64,000 nt of DNA, taken from assembly GCA_013265495.1 (NCBI GenBank), contig MU057989.1, forward strand, positions 821,513 through 885,512, written 5' to 3'. Below, in pieces: positions 39,290 through 52,600 of the stretch. Under the pieces are notes generated by a model. The model was not told the DNA's origin and did no database searches. It saw only the letters and a list, made by a program, of their open reading frames with translations. The stretch's first letter is position 1; each line of letters begins with the position of its first letter. The stretch is from Vicugna vicugna (taxonomy: Eukaryota). Both the position numbers and the translations under genes were made by a program.

Positions 39290-40150
39290 CAGTAACACTC
39301 TTTGTCTTGATCTCATTCACAATCTCAGTGGCCACCGTCACTGCCTGCTCAAATGGCCTCCTCTCTCAGCTTCGGTGACATCATTCCCTTCCTGTCCCCC
39401 TTGCCAGCTCCTCCTCTGCCTGGTCTCTCTCCTGGGCCTCCTCCAGAGCCATCACGTTCACTCCACAGCTCTTGCTACAGAAGAGGTAAAGCCAGCTCCC
39501 AGATGGTCAGCAGCTGCCTTACTTGTACTTCCACCCATCTCCCTAACATCTTCACCCAGGCATCTCACAAGCATCTCAAAAGGAGCACATCTGAAGTGCA
39601 ATTACAAACGCCCTCCCCTTCATCACCCTTCTCCAAGTCTTTCCTCCTCCAGCTCTGTAAATGTGCCATCACACACCAAGTTGTTTCACACAGTGACTCC
39701 ACACATACACTCCAGCGAATCCTGTCTGGTCTCCTATCCCCACTGTGATCAACCACGTCAGGCCCTCCCTGAGATGGCTCCTGCTCAGCCCCCCAAATCC
39801 GCTCACATGGCTTTTCCCTTACCTTTCCCACTGCACTTCTGTTGGTTCCTACACAAGCCAAAACTCTCCCAGTGCTCTGGGGTCTCCATGACTTCTGCTC
39901 ATCCTCTCGATCTTGCCCTTGAATCCCCCTACTTGGTGCAGCTTTGTCTGACGGCTCCATCTAAGGAGGTCCCTGTGTCACCCTCAACCTGAGTGCTACT
40001 CAGATCTTCTGGGGCAATCCACATTTGTAATTTTGTTTTCCATCACCACCTCCCCCCAATTTCATGAAAGAGGGGCAAGCTCTCCGTCACTCACACCTGC
40101 ATTCCAGATGCACCTGGGCTCAGAGAAGGTGCTCAACAAATGTGGTGAAT
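39290..40150 (+). mobile_element. Degraded LINE-2 3' region
   Basis: Pyrimidine-rich tract with catctcacaagcatctcaaa and terminal aggtgctcaacaaatgtggtgaat; boundaries approximate. Confidence 0.6.
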
Positions 40151-41129
40151 TAGAGGAATGGCCACACCCTCTCATTTTCTCAACACCACCCAGTGATATG
40201 GGAATCCTCTAGGAAAGGAGACAAGCAGGGGCCCCATGGCCAATGACTGGGTTTCTAAATTGTTCACAAAAAGCTCAACCAGGGCACCAGGTGATTTGGT
40301 ATCAGAGTCCTGACCTGAGTTGCTGGTACACCAAACCTAGTTGGGCTTCAAAAGATTACTCCCCAAAGCACGACAAAAACACAAATATATTCAAGGCTCC
40401 AAATTTTTCTTTTTAATTAAAGAGACCGAAATTTTTGTAACTGCTTTCCCTCACTGTGCAAAAATCTATGGACTCCAAAGGGGCCAGATACAATTTAGAA
40501 AATTCAAGGAAGATCACAAAAATGCTCAAGGAACTGCAAACAAGTGATATAAACACAACCCAGAGGACTCAGGGCTGCTAAAACATGACACCAGGACATA
40601 CAGAAAGAACTTTGGGCTTTGTGGACAAGAAGCTACATAGCCCTGAACAAACCCAAACCCCTCAGACCCTCAACTTCCTCATCTGTGAAACAGGAGGTGT
40701 TAACGATGTCTTTTAAGAGGCTGTCACAAGAATAAGGTAAAACACAAGCATTTGCTTCTCTGTTGGTCCCCTCTGCTTCCTGCACTGTGCCCAGCAACGT
40801 GAAGGCGGTGACTGGGTCACGCTGCATCACAGACAAACATTCTGGCAGAGCCCGCCCAGTGCCCCCAGCTGCACGTCTGAGTACCTCACTCCAAAGGCAC
40901 CAGCTGCAGATCTCTCACAAAGTGCACGTGTGCCTCTGTGGTAAAGTGGTGGCTAAGCAGGCAGGGCAGTTCCCACAGACCAAGAGTTTCCCAGTTTCCA
41001 TGCTATCCTGAAGGCCCAGTAGCAGGGGTGGGGGGTGGGAGTAGGGGAGAACTGGTTTTGTTTGTTAGGTGTCACAGACAGAAGGCTGAGATGCTATTGC
41101 TACTGCCTCCCATAACCATTCCTCTGAGC

Positions 41130-41314
41130 AGCAGCTCTCAACTGGGGCCGACCGTGGGGAGGGAAGGAGGGCTGGAGGGTGGGGGAGAGTGCTATGAGCA
41201 TCCAGTTGATGAAGGCCAGGGATATTGCTCAAATTCCCACAGTGCGCAGGACGGCCCCACAACAGAGAATGATCCCACCCCAAATGTCAACAGTGCCAAG
41301 GAAGAGAAGCCCTG
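41130..41314. mobile_element. MER20-like hAT DNA element
   Basis: gcatccagttgatgaaggccagggatattgctcaa...acggccccacaacagagaatgatcc...aaatgtcaacagtgccaagg...gagaagccctg. Confidence 0.75.
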
Positions 41315-43059
41315 CCCCAGACCAAAGGGTTCCCGCCATGGCGCAGGTGAAGGGAACCAGAAGCCTGTCTCCAGTCCAGTCTGACTCCGCCCTTGACAAG
41401 CACACCACTCCTGGGAATTCAGTCCCCTGGAGCAGCAGAGGAAGGCAGGGGAACCCGCAGTGAAGGGTAAAGGAGAGAGGATGGAAAAGTGGAGCAGGAG
41501 AGGATTCAAAAAAGAGAAAAGGGAAGAGAATGTTAGGTTGGGGTTTCCCAGACTACAAAACACAGGATGTGTATGAGAAGCAAACACTCGTACTCTGAAG
41601 CCAAAATGTGCTCCAGGTCACTGAGCAAACTTGGGTGACAATCACCAGCACTGAAGTCCACACTACTGTCCTCCCAACGAGAACTGGAAGGGGAAAGGCA
41701 GGGGAGACCAGGAACAGCAAGGGTGGGAACCCCGACCTGCTGCCCCAGGGGCCAAGCAAAAGGAGCGGTGGGCTTTGATTAAGGTTCTGTATCTGTATTA
41801 CGGCGGGGAACAGCGCGATCTTGGCAAAAAAAGTTACTGGAAGGAGAGACATAGATCTAGGAAAGTTACAGGAGGATGGTCAGAAGAAGAAATAAATGAG
41901 TAAAAACTTTAAGTAGCTTGAGAACAACAGATTTGACTACTTCTGCCCTTTCTTTTTAAAGAAGGAAGAACGTAGCAAAGAGAGAGCGCACCTGATCAGG
42001 ACCCTCAATGTTACTCCGTTTTCTGATTTTATCAGAAACAAAGAGAAAAAGATTCAACTCTCCCTGCTTCCAACAGCCTCAAAACTTCTAACAACTGTAA
42101 GCAGTCAATTTCTTAGTTCTGATATATGTACCAAGGTTATATGAGATCTTACCATCAAGGGAAGTGGATATGGAGACATAGGAATTCTCTGTGGTATCTT
42201 TACTACAAATACTTCAAAATAGTTCTCTAAAAATCAAAAGACAGAAAACAACTTTTTCCAAACATAATCCACTGGCCTTCTTCCGAGCCTTCCCAAATTG
42301 CCCCACACAACTCTGTGGACAGCAGCCCAGGAAGGGCAGGTCCCGGGAAGAGGAGAGCTGGCACCCCAGGTGCTGATCAACCACCAGAGGCACTTCAGAG
42401 ACGCAGTAGCTCTGTGTGCGCAGTGAAGTCTGACAAAGAACACACTTCCTCTTAGTGACTGGAATTAAAAGAGATTCTATTTGCGGGCACAAATGGAGTA
42501 ATTTTCCCATTAATATCTGGGTTAGTTAGGTTAAGAGGTTCCAAGGACAGTTCCTATTTTATAGGTGGGAAATCTCAGGGAGAATGAAGACATGTGATAC
42601 CATCTGTCAAGTCAGACAGGACAGGCACGTCTCACAGCCATGGTATGGTTCTCTAACGATAAATGCCCTTTGTTTGACTGTAACAGAAATCGGTGGGCTT
42701 CTACTGACAGGCCCAACCACAAACAGGATGGGCAAAAAAGCCCATCTCCCTGATTCTCTTGGCTCTAAAACTGAATCAAGAGGATGACCCTGGAGAGAAA
42801 GTCAAAGTGACGCACAATGAACCTTCTCCCTCCACACAGGGACCTGGGGAGGACTGGCTGAGTCATCTTTACTGCCCCCTATTGGCAGCTCATCACAAAA
42901 AATTAAACTCACCGAGAGAGCGAACTCGTAGGAAACAGAGTTATTTCCCTCTCACCCATGACACACTGTCAGCCGCAGATACTCACTGTCAGCACAATAA
43001 AATCCACACACCAAAGCACGCACTGGAGACCCAAGACTCTGAGATCAAGGGCAACTTAC

Positions 43060-43236
43060 CATGTTTGGCACGTTGGTGACGGAAGCATTCTTGATGTCTG
43101 CAGGGAAGGGAGGCAAGCTATTGACGATACTCTGCTTGCTGGGTAACTGAGGGTTCACTCCAGGGGCTCCCATCTGCTGCCCTCCAGTTTGATTAAAGGG
43201 TTGTCCAAATGGACTTGTGTTACCAGTCATTCCCAT
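43060..43236 (-). CDS. CREBBP: CREBBP exon 3 (177 nt), MGMTGNTSPFGQPF...SVTNVPNM
   Basis: Acceptor tttcag|ATG, donor ATG|gtaagt, phase 0-0; overlaps ORF 43045..43245. Confidence 0.96.
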
Positions 43237-43699
43237 CTGAAACAAAAAGAGCTACATCAGCTATCGTGATGCAACCATGCATGAAAGGAAGGGCCTCAGA
43301 AATGCTCAGTTTGACCCACTGAGCAAACTGTTACTCCTGCAAAAATCTTCATTTCAATTATAAATTAAAGGTTAGTTCTTAGGGTTCACTGTTAGGATTA
43401 TGAACAGAGCAACTTGCTCAAACGGCTACTGACTAGAGGCAGCTCCCCACAGCCCTATCTGTCCCGTCCTCCGAAATACCATACCACCAGCCAGCGCTTT
43501 CCCACCCTAACCCCTCAGCTACTCCTCACCCCAAGTCCCCTACCCTGACAGTGGCAATGACGTGAAGATCATTTGGAAAACAAAACCTTCCAGAATCACT
43601 GACAAAGTGGAGCTCCTTCGGTTTAATTCCTAATTACTCTACAAATAATTAGTTTCTTTCAGCTACCCCCACCCAGTCAGATTTCAGTTTCCATTAGTT

Positions 43700-43912
43700 C
43701 AAAATGAACAGCAGAAATACTGATAAAGAAATGATATAATGTCTGGGATTTGCTTTAAAATAACCTAGTGAGGCAAAGGGTAGAGGGAAAAGGGTGTCAA
43801 TGAAAAACGACTGGCCACACGTCAGTGACAGGCTCACCAAGGGACAGGTGTGCGAGGCTGTTATATTATCCCCTCTAACATTACACATGTATGAAGTTTT
43901 CCATAATAAAGT
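43700..43912 (+). mobile_element. Old L1M 3' UTR fragment
   Basis: gaaatgatataatgtctgggatttgctttaaaataa ... ttttccataataaa. Confidence 0.6.
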
Positions 43913-46900
43913 CTTACTTTAACTACAGTGAAATAAACTGTACAGTAGATAAAGGCAAAAATGGGAAGGAGGAAGCCCACATATGCCTCAGGGAGGGCCA
44001 GCAACCAATCACTCGGGTCAGGGCTCCCCTGAAGTCAAAAGACTCTGGCAGGGTCCCACTGGACCCCTCAGCTCCAGCCTCCACAGGCACGAAGCCAGGA
44101 ATCCCAGAGTGATACCCTGCTGCTCACCCGCTCCCTCTGGAGGAGCAGAGACTAACTGGCTTTTCTAGTCTGCCTGTAAAGTTGCAACATCCCATCCGCT
44201 GCCTACTGCTTGCTTTACTTTTCTGGCATCTTGGTGAATTTGATGTTTGGAAACTGGGAGGAAGAAGGTCCTCCAAAGGGAAGACCCCTTCCCTAGGGGA
44301 GAAAGTGTCCATTCAAGAAATCACAGCTCAGCTGTCTACACAGCCTCACATGGTGACTGTGATGCCAGCCTGTTCACACTGGGTAACTCACATTTCTTCT
44401 ACAGACCTTGATCTCACCTGCAAGATGAGTGTCTTAAACAACACAGTGCATTATTTATTTCAGCTCTAAAATTCTAGGTTGCAAACAAATCAATGCTCTG
44501 TACAATTGGCCCCTTTCTTATGAAATGTTGGCATAAAAACACAAATAAAACCAAACGAGCATAACCAAAAAGATCTCGTTCTGGCATTTTCATATGTACA
44601 GGTGGTTTCCACACAGAGCCCTCACAGCTGACACTTCTCATTTTTGAAAGTGAACACATTGTGACTGCCACTTTTGTACTATTTGCTTTGAGTAAACTGA
44701 AACAAAAACAAATTCTTTACAAAGCCCACTAACTAGGCTCAACTTTGAGTTCAGATGACTTAATCAAGGGGAGACCTAATTAACAAATCTAACGTAAAGG
44801 GCATTTCTAATTCTACCTAGGTTCCTTCAGTTGTTATCTGAAACTCAGAAGAACTGAAGCAAAAAATTATATTTTCAGGAAACGTTACACTAAGTTAACT
44901 CCATGTAACAATTACTTCTTACAGATTTTGTTGTATTGCATAAACTCAAACACTGTTTTCAGAGGCCCAAGAATTTGAGGAAGAAACATAATTACAATTT
45001 CCATTTCCTAAATTTCATTTTAAATTTCTCTGCTAGGACCAAATATGTCAGAAGATACGCGCATCCATTCACCCATCCAGGAATCCACGCTTACAGTCGG
45101 TCAGTGTTCACCAAGTGTGCACCTGCTATGCACCAAGCCTGGTTTGGAGCACGTACAGATGCAGTTTTCCTACTTGCCATGGAGCTCGCTCCTTATAACC
45201 AACAATCTGGCAAACAAGAAAAATCCATGTTGTTTTGGAAGTTTCTAGTACCGATGAACCACAGCGGACGGCAGCAGGGGGTAGGGAAGGAGAAGTAACT
45301 GTCCTTCCACTCACACCAACCATCCAAGGCAGTCAGCCCTTCAATGCAGAGAGGGAAATAAATACCAAGAGGCCAAGGAGCTCCCAAAGGGGACCAAGAG
45401 GACTCAAAGTTCACCAGATCAGTTTAAAAACATCTGAAGGCTCTGTGAACATCTGAAGGACGTTCACACGTTCGTCTTGCCATGGTGAAAACCATGTGGG
45501 TGTGTGGTCTGGTCAGTTGGCCACTACTTGCCTGGTAAGCCTCTGAGACAAAGCACTTTCTAACTGGTGGAACCACAGTGCTATGGAACACTGACAGACT
45601 TCAACAATAAATATGTTCTCATCTTTCTTCTTGGCCATTTAACGTGGTTTCAACCTTCACCTGGCAAGAGCCAGGGTAAAGTCGAAGATCACAGATGGTA
45701 GCCCTGGGCAGGGATCAACCCTAGAAGCAGAAGGAGGGTGAGGGAAGGGAGCCAAGGGATGGATATCTTGTCATTTTTTTTTATTTGAATAACTGTCACT
45801 TTTTGAGGCAAAAAAAAAAAATCACAGATGGCAGGTAGGGAGTGGCCAGCTCACAGGGAACTGTATGTTTAAAAAACAAGGAAAAATCCCACTGCCACCT
45901 ATGACAGTAAACATACTTTAAAGATGAACGAAAGTGAGTCCCAGTCACCTGCGGCATCAGGCTCTAGGTCAGGGCTCAGCTCCCTGGTTCAGGGCCAACC
46001 CGGCCAACAGGTCAACCCACCATCTCCCAAGTAGGCGCCCTGGTCCCAACTATCCCCCGGTAGAACAGGAAGGCTCTCCAGTCCTAGCCTACAGTTTTGA
46101 GTAGAAGCCTTTTCCTCCCGGAGATGTCTAGATTCTGATTTCCTGTCTGCGTCTATTCTCCTTTGATCAGACTGAACATTCCCAAATCCAGCTAACACAT
46201 GTTTTTTTTTTTAGCACCAATGCTCATGATGAAATAGTATAAATCAAGATGTTCGTCTAACTAATAAAATCTACATATGTCTCCTAATTTCTCAACGGTT
46301 ACTTGATAACAGTTTAGTAGACTCTGCTTTATTTTCAACTGAAGTTCATCAGATTTTGGTTTAAGGCTGCTACAAGAATCAGCATGTAATCTCAATAAAA
46401 TTAAAAAAGCAGAACAGCAGAAATGGGCAACTGTTCAGTTAATGGTGCAATTTATATATAGTGTATGAATAAATTAAAGCCTATGGAATAAATATTTATA
46501 TTCTGTCTCATTCAGCAACAGCCCATACATGTTAAAATATCCTTTCACTCTATTCTTCCAAAGCCCCTTTAAACATTTAATTTACGCTTAATCTTGGAAA
46601 ACAGGGAAAGTTAAATATAGTAAGTATGGAAAAAAGGGCAAGCTTTCTAATCATGAAATCTAAATGCTTTACAGGTCTATCAAGTTTTCCTATGAAAAAG
46701 CATTCTTGTAACCAAGTGTATTAATCAATCATTTGAGAACCTACTTACTCCACTGTCTGTGTCTGTCACTTCAATGAGAATAAAGACACATGGACTACAG
46801 TCTCTGTGAACCAAGGAAGAACAAACAAGGAAAGAAGGTAAAAAGCGAGTGCCCAATCCTGAGGCCTACCGCCTGCCCAGGATGGGGACTGCGTATTAGC

Positions 46901-49419
46901 CCTGGCACAACTCTAAGCATGAGACCTGATGAGGAAACCTCTCTTTAGGGTTTAGTTCAAACAAACCTGAACAATGCCTACACTAGCCTTATTATGAAAC
47001 AAAGTGAGTGTCTGCAGCAAATTCTGGTGGAAGCACCTGGGCCATCAATCAGAAACTGCTGACATTCTGAGCTCTCTGGGTAGGTGAGTGACAGCCATCC
47101 ACAGAAGAGGGACAAAGCACACGAGGCTTCTCGCTTTACTCTGACAGACACCTACTACAGATACGCTATGGGAGTTCAAAACGCGACACGACTCTATGGC
47201 ATTATTTGTCATAATAATATTTATGACAATCCATCCTAAATCTGTCTTTGGCACAAAACCAGGATGAAAACTTCTTGCCTTCCTGGAACATCTATCTCCT
47301 CTGTCCAAGGACCCAGTACCTAGTGGGTACTTGATTAGTATTCAGGGGAAAGAACCAAATAAATGAACACTCTAAGAGACACACTGCAACCTGCAGCCCC
47401 TCAGAACATCAGAAACCCCAACGTCAGCCCCGAGGGCAGAGAGGATCACAGAACTTGGTCACTGAAGCCAGGCACAGATAGGAGTCGCTGCTGGGTGGTG
47501 CGGGTAGTGGGAGGGGCAGCACAACAGGCTCCTTCCTGTCCACTAAACGGCCACCACTAGGGTCTTAGATACTAGCCGCAGTGGACAGGCAGTCAGTCCA
47601 CTAGCCCGTGCTGGAAGGTTGGAAACAACGAGAACATGCCCTGAGAGTTGGTTTTCCAGGATGAGGACAGTTTTGTGCCCCATAGTAGCATATATGGGAG
47701 CCCAGCCTGGCTGTACCACAGGCACTCTGTGCTTACGTGCACAGGCCCAGCAAACCCTTGGCTTTGGTGCAAGGCCTCAGCCAGGCGCCAAGCCCAGAGC
47801 TTCCCACTGGTGTGCTGGGATACTGGCCCACCAACCTCCATGGTCACCTCTGGCTGCAGACGGCCTCCTCTGGTGACTTCAGTGTGGGACAAGGGTTTTC
47901 CTTTTCTGCTTATGCCATGATATGACAACTACCAACATATTAATAAGAAAACAAACTGTGGGCTCTCAAAGAACAGGAAGATTCTCTCCACTACATGACA
48001 CTAACCTGGAGAAGATCTCTACTACCACTCACCTAACTCATCTAATCAAACAAGGTAGTAACTGAAAACCAAAGGACTAACTAGGGCTGTTAAGAAGTAA
48101 CACCGATCATGGAAGTTTCTCCCTAGAATAGGTTTCTACAATAGTAACAAGTCAAGTAGTCGTTTTCTTGTCCCTTCGTAAGAAAGAGGGACAAAGAAAC
48201 ACCTTCTTCACAGTTAGGGCCACCATAGGTTCCTGCAGCCCCAGTACTCCCCTGGGACGAGACAGTGGCCCGGGGATGGCCCCAGCAGTCCACACAAGGG
48301 ACAGGTGCTTCAGTAGTCGTGCCCACACACCTTTCGTGTGGTGTGAATTTTTCAGAGAAAAGATCCATTATTAGATACTCAGAGGGGATTCTAAGATCCC
48401 CTAAAGATTAAGGACACCTGCCACTGGGGAAGATAACTCCCTCACAAGTCTCAGGGAAGGGCTAGCTCTCCCCAGACCTCACACACCCCTGCCAAATACA
48501 GGCCTTTCCTGTCCAAAGACGTCAACTACTCACGTAACAACTGCCCTCACAAATGAACCCTCCCCAACTTCCAATTCCAAACACCCTCTTGAAACGCACA
48601 CTGACAGGAAGGATCAGATCTTAACCATTTATAAGCTAAAAGTTTGATGGGGACACAATGTGTGATCAGCTGAGAATACAAGGAATGGGAGGGGAGAGGG
48701 TGGATGTCCAGGGCTGGAGGAGGACAGCCAGAAACATGCTTCCACCTCACGATTTTACTGAGAGTCCACCAGGGCTTCAGAACTGCTTCAAGTGGCAACA
48801 AATGCTGAGTCTGATGTGGTTTCAGTGAGACCACTAAATACGCTGTTTTTTTCAAAAGCTGAATTCTTCAGCAGTTTTCCTCACACCTTGATATACACTT
48901 AAAACCACACTACATAGCAGAGCAATCAGAGGAAGTACTGCTGGTGTCTGTGTGTGTAACTGATGCTGGTCAGGAAACAGAAAAACAAAATACAACCTTC
49001 ACTGATAAGCTTAGTAGGGACAATAGGACAGCTTAGAATTTTCAGCCGGAAGCTCTCCGAGAGTATTTGGTTGAAACTTACACTTTGTGGGTAAGGAAAG
49101 GGTGGTCCAGAAAGTTTAGGAACACAGTAGATCAGTCAGCAAACTTGCTGTGAGGCTCTCCCCGTCCTAGTCTAGAGAGTTGCCCCCTGCCACAAGTCTC
49201 ATCACCCCCTCGCTTAAGTAGAACTGTGTCTCCTCCAGGCACACCTGGACTCGTACACATCCGGTGCCGGAGTACCACTAAGCAGAGATGGGCTCAGTTC
49301 ACGAAGACCAGGCATCAGCAAACTATGGCCCATGGGGCCAGAGCCAGCTCAATGCCTGCTTTTGGGGGGAAAAAAAGTTTTATTGGAACACGGCCACAAA
49401 TAAGATTTCCTTCTGAGAG

Positions 49420-49685
49420 GCAGTAAGTTGTTGTGGTTCAGTGTGTGGACCCCAGGGATATTTTACCTGGTCTGCAGGTGGCCCTGCCATTTGCAAGCTG
49501 TGTGTGACCTTGGATGACTGACTCAAAGCTCTCTGTGCCTGAGTTTTATCACCTGTAAGATGGAGATGACAGCACCTCCTCTTAGGACTATGTTAGAACT
49601 GAGTGGATTCACACACATGAAGCACTATATTGAGCGACTGACAGGTACCAGGTGCTACCGGTACTGGCTAGTATGTTATTATTAT
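49420..49685 (+). mobile_element. MIR SINE
   Basis: Core gctgtgtgtgaccttgga...ctctctgtgcctgagttttatcacctgtaagatggagatga. Confidence 0.7.
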
Positions 49686-52600
49686 TTCGCTTTGGGCAGA
49701 ATCATTTCACACTAGGTATGATTTCTTTCATTAACATGCTTAGGGTAACAATAAAATAAATGAACTTTTTTTTTTCAGAGAATGTGTGATGGTGAGGCGT
49801 GGTTCAAACAGGTAGGATCAGAAGGAGAAGCCAGCAAGGATCATTTTCATTTGATTATGAGGCATTTTCAGAGAAACATGAATAAACTTATGATAGAAAA
49901 CAATCTTGTGCATCTACTGGTTGTCGAAATACTTTTAATAGACAACTGTGTTCAAATTGTTCTAGTAAATCACAAAATTTCCAGTTTTCACTCTAGATTG
50001 TTTTCCAGCTTAAAAAATAACTCAGAATGTTCACTTCAAACTTAAAATATATCATGAGCAGTATCAATATACCATCAAAATACCCTAGCCTAACCTTCCT
50101 AGGTTGAAATTTAAATCAAAACATAGAAGAATTGAACAAGAATATCCCCACAAAAAAAAGAGACTGATGACACTCCCACTTGTAAGCTGGCCACGACAAA
50201 GCAGCAAATGTTCCATCTGATGTGGCTTCAACCTAACCTGACGTAGTTATTAACCTGAAGTTTTTAGCATCTTTCTTCACACATCAGTGTACACGTAAAA
50301 CCACAAATTCATATAAATTCATAAAAATTTGCCAAATAATTTAAGAGCCAGAAGTATGCAATCTTTTCAATGACAAAAACAAAACAAAACAAAAAACTCC
50401 CAAACCCAGAACTAACCCAGAGTATGGCCATATCATTTGTAAAGCCAAAAGCACTTTCTCTTGGCAACCTAACATTGTTGGGAGAAAGCCAAGAAAAGCA
50501 GTTTTCATGGAAAGACATGGTTGTATTCAGTTGTCTGCTATCACCCGCTTGCTCCTGGAATCCTTCCAGTACCTCAACTTGGCAAATAAAGAGCAGAAAT
50601 ACACAACAGATCGCAATGCCAAAGACACTACCTGGCCGTCCAGTGTCACCTGGAGTAAGAGAACTGGGCTGAAGAGCCTGGGCACGTGAGCAGCCCACCT
50701 CACTGAACTCAACTCTTACAATGCTGCCAACTCTGGAAGCAGTCAGGGAATTACTTGGTCCCCAAGTCCGAACACTCCCTTTACACTAATAAATTGCAGC
50801 TGGAGATGGATAAGGGTATTTATTGACTCTCATGGTGCTGCACTTGGATGTGTGACCAGAATGTGACTTAGAAAGAACGGTGGAAACTCGTAAAGGGAAG
50901 GTGACAGAACAGCACTGAACTCAATCCACTTGAAAAAGGATGAAACAGAGCAGGCAGAGGAGAACAGAGAGGGACGAGGTGAGGTCCGCACAGCTAATAC
51001 GGAATGCTGGGGAAGGGGAGAGAAAGACGGGACCTGACGTGCGAAGAAGGTTTTCGGGAAGAGAGCTGGTGATTATCTCCAGTAAAGTTAAAAGGAGAAA
51101 GAAAGCTGACATTTCAGCAAGTTTTGTTCTTCCCCTACATTGGGGCAGGAAAACTAATGAGTTCTTGAAACAGACAGGCTAACAGCTTCACTGCTGGGGC
51201 AGGAGGACCAGCACATGGAGATGAGTCCCAGGAAGCAGAGTGAGGATACAAACCCAGGGTTTTCTGGGGCATCCTCATCTGCAAGAGGAGGAATGGAGGG
51301 AAAAAGTCAAGTCCTGTCCAGCTTATATGCCATAAATCTCAAAACATAAAACACACTCAAAGACTTTTCACTGTTCCAAACACATGTGGCTCTACTTCTA
51401 ACCAAAAACCGAGCTGGTAAAGTCCTAACAAAAATATACTTGGTATAGTAAAGCATTCCCAGTCATGTCCACTGGTGCAGAGACACAGCTCTGAGGGTGC
51501 CCAGAGGCACCTTAACACTCCGCAGACTCCGAACCTTATTCCTGAAGATAATGTCCATAAAAGCGCTTGGAAAAGGAAAGTGTGAGATCGATGTTAGGCA
51601 GTGGTGGTGGCATTAAAAGTAAAACAGTTCTTTCACTATAAAAACTCACCCATTACTGACAAGGGAAAAATGTTCCTTGGACATTAAGTTCTCAAAAAAA
51701 AAAAAGGGCAGAAAACATACAATCCCTGTAACACACACAGCAAGGAAGAGAGTACGCCAAAATATTTAACGGTGATGACTCTAGAGGGTTTAGAGGTGAT
51801 TTTTATTTTTTAAATATTTCCTATGTTATTCAAATTCTCTACACAAAGCATTATTCCATCAAAGGAGGAAAAGCTGTTTTTAAAAGTCATTCTCTACTCA
51901 AATGTTCAGACTGCCCACAATGACAGGATGACCCACTGTTGGGCTGCACAGCTGTACTTAAAATATTAATTTAAGCTGTCATCAGACACTGAATAAAACT
52001 AGGTAGATCAAACTGATTATGGCTGCCAGAAACTACTCCTGGGTAGTAATTTAAACCAAATTCACCCTGGTTATAACATGGCTATAGGTTGTCACACTTT
52101 GCTCTAATGTATTATACAAGGCTCAGCCACCCAGACACCTGCCACTACTACTGGCAAGGAAGGCTGAAAGGCGGGAGAGGAGAAGCAAACGCAGCCAGGA
52201 GCCAATCAGGATGCAAAAAGCTGCACACATCACTCCAGTAGCTTATGTTTATCAACTCGGAAACTGCACGGGTGACTCTTGCGACAACAAAGGCACAATT
52301 ATCCTGCTTTCTGTACTCCGGTTCATAGTTCAGGCAGCAAGGAACACTGTTTCATCTGAATCTGTCTGGTACCTGAGCCTTGGAGAGCAACAGGCAAGAG
52401 ACTGGATCATGAGGGATTTACCAGGATGTGTCTGGCTCCCAGGTTTTGATAAGGAGGTGCATTTACAGTTGGAAAGTACCTATTTAAGGAGTAGAGCTTC
52501 CCCAGCAAGGAGATGACTTAGTAGCTATGACATCTGCCCAACTTTCACTAAAGCCCACCTGCCTCCAAGCTCCCGTGATGACCTGATCTTGGCACAGTGG

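Noticed and set aside
39375..39992. 205-aa ORF, the longest in the track
   Set aside because: Lies in degraded L2 sequence, has no recognisable domain, and overlaps similar ORFs in other frames; consistent with chance.
1393..43236. Alternative identification as EP300 or as a pseudogene
   Set aside because: KIX and linker residues are CBP-specific, and all exons are intact, in frame and separated by canonical introns.
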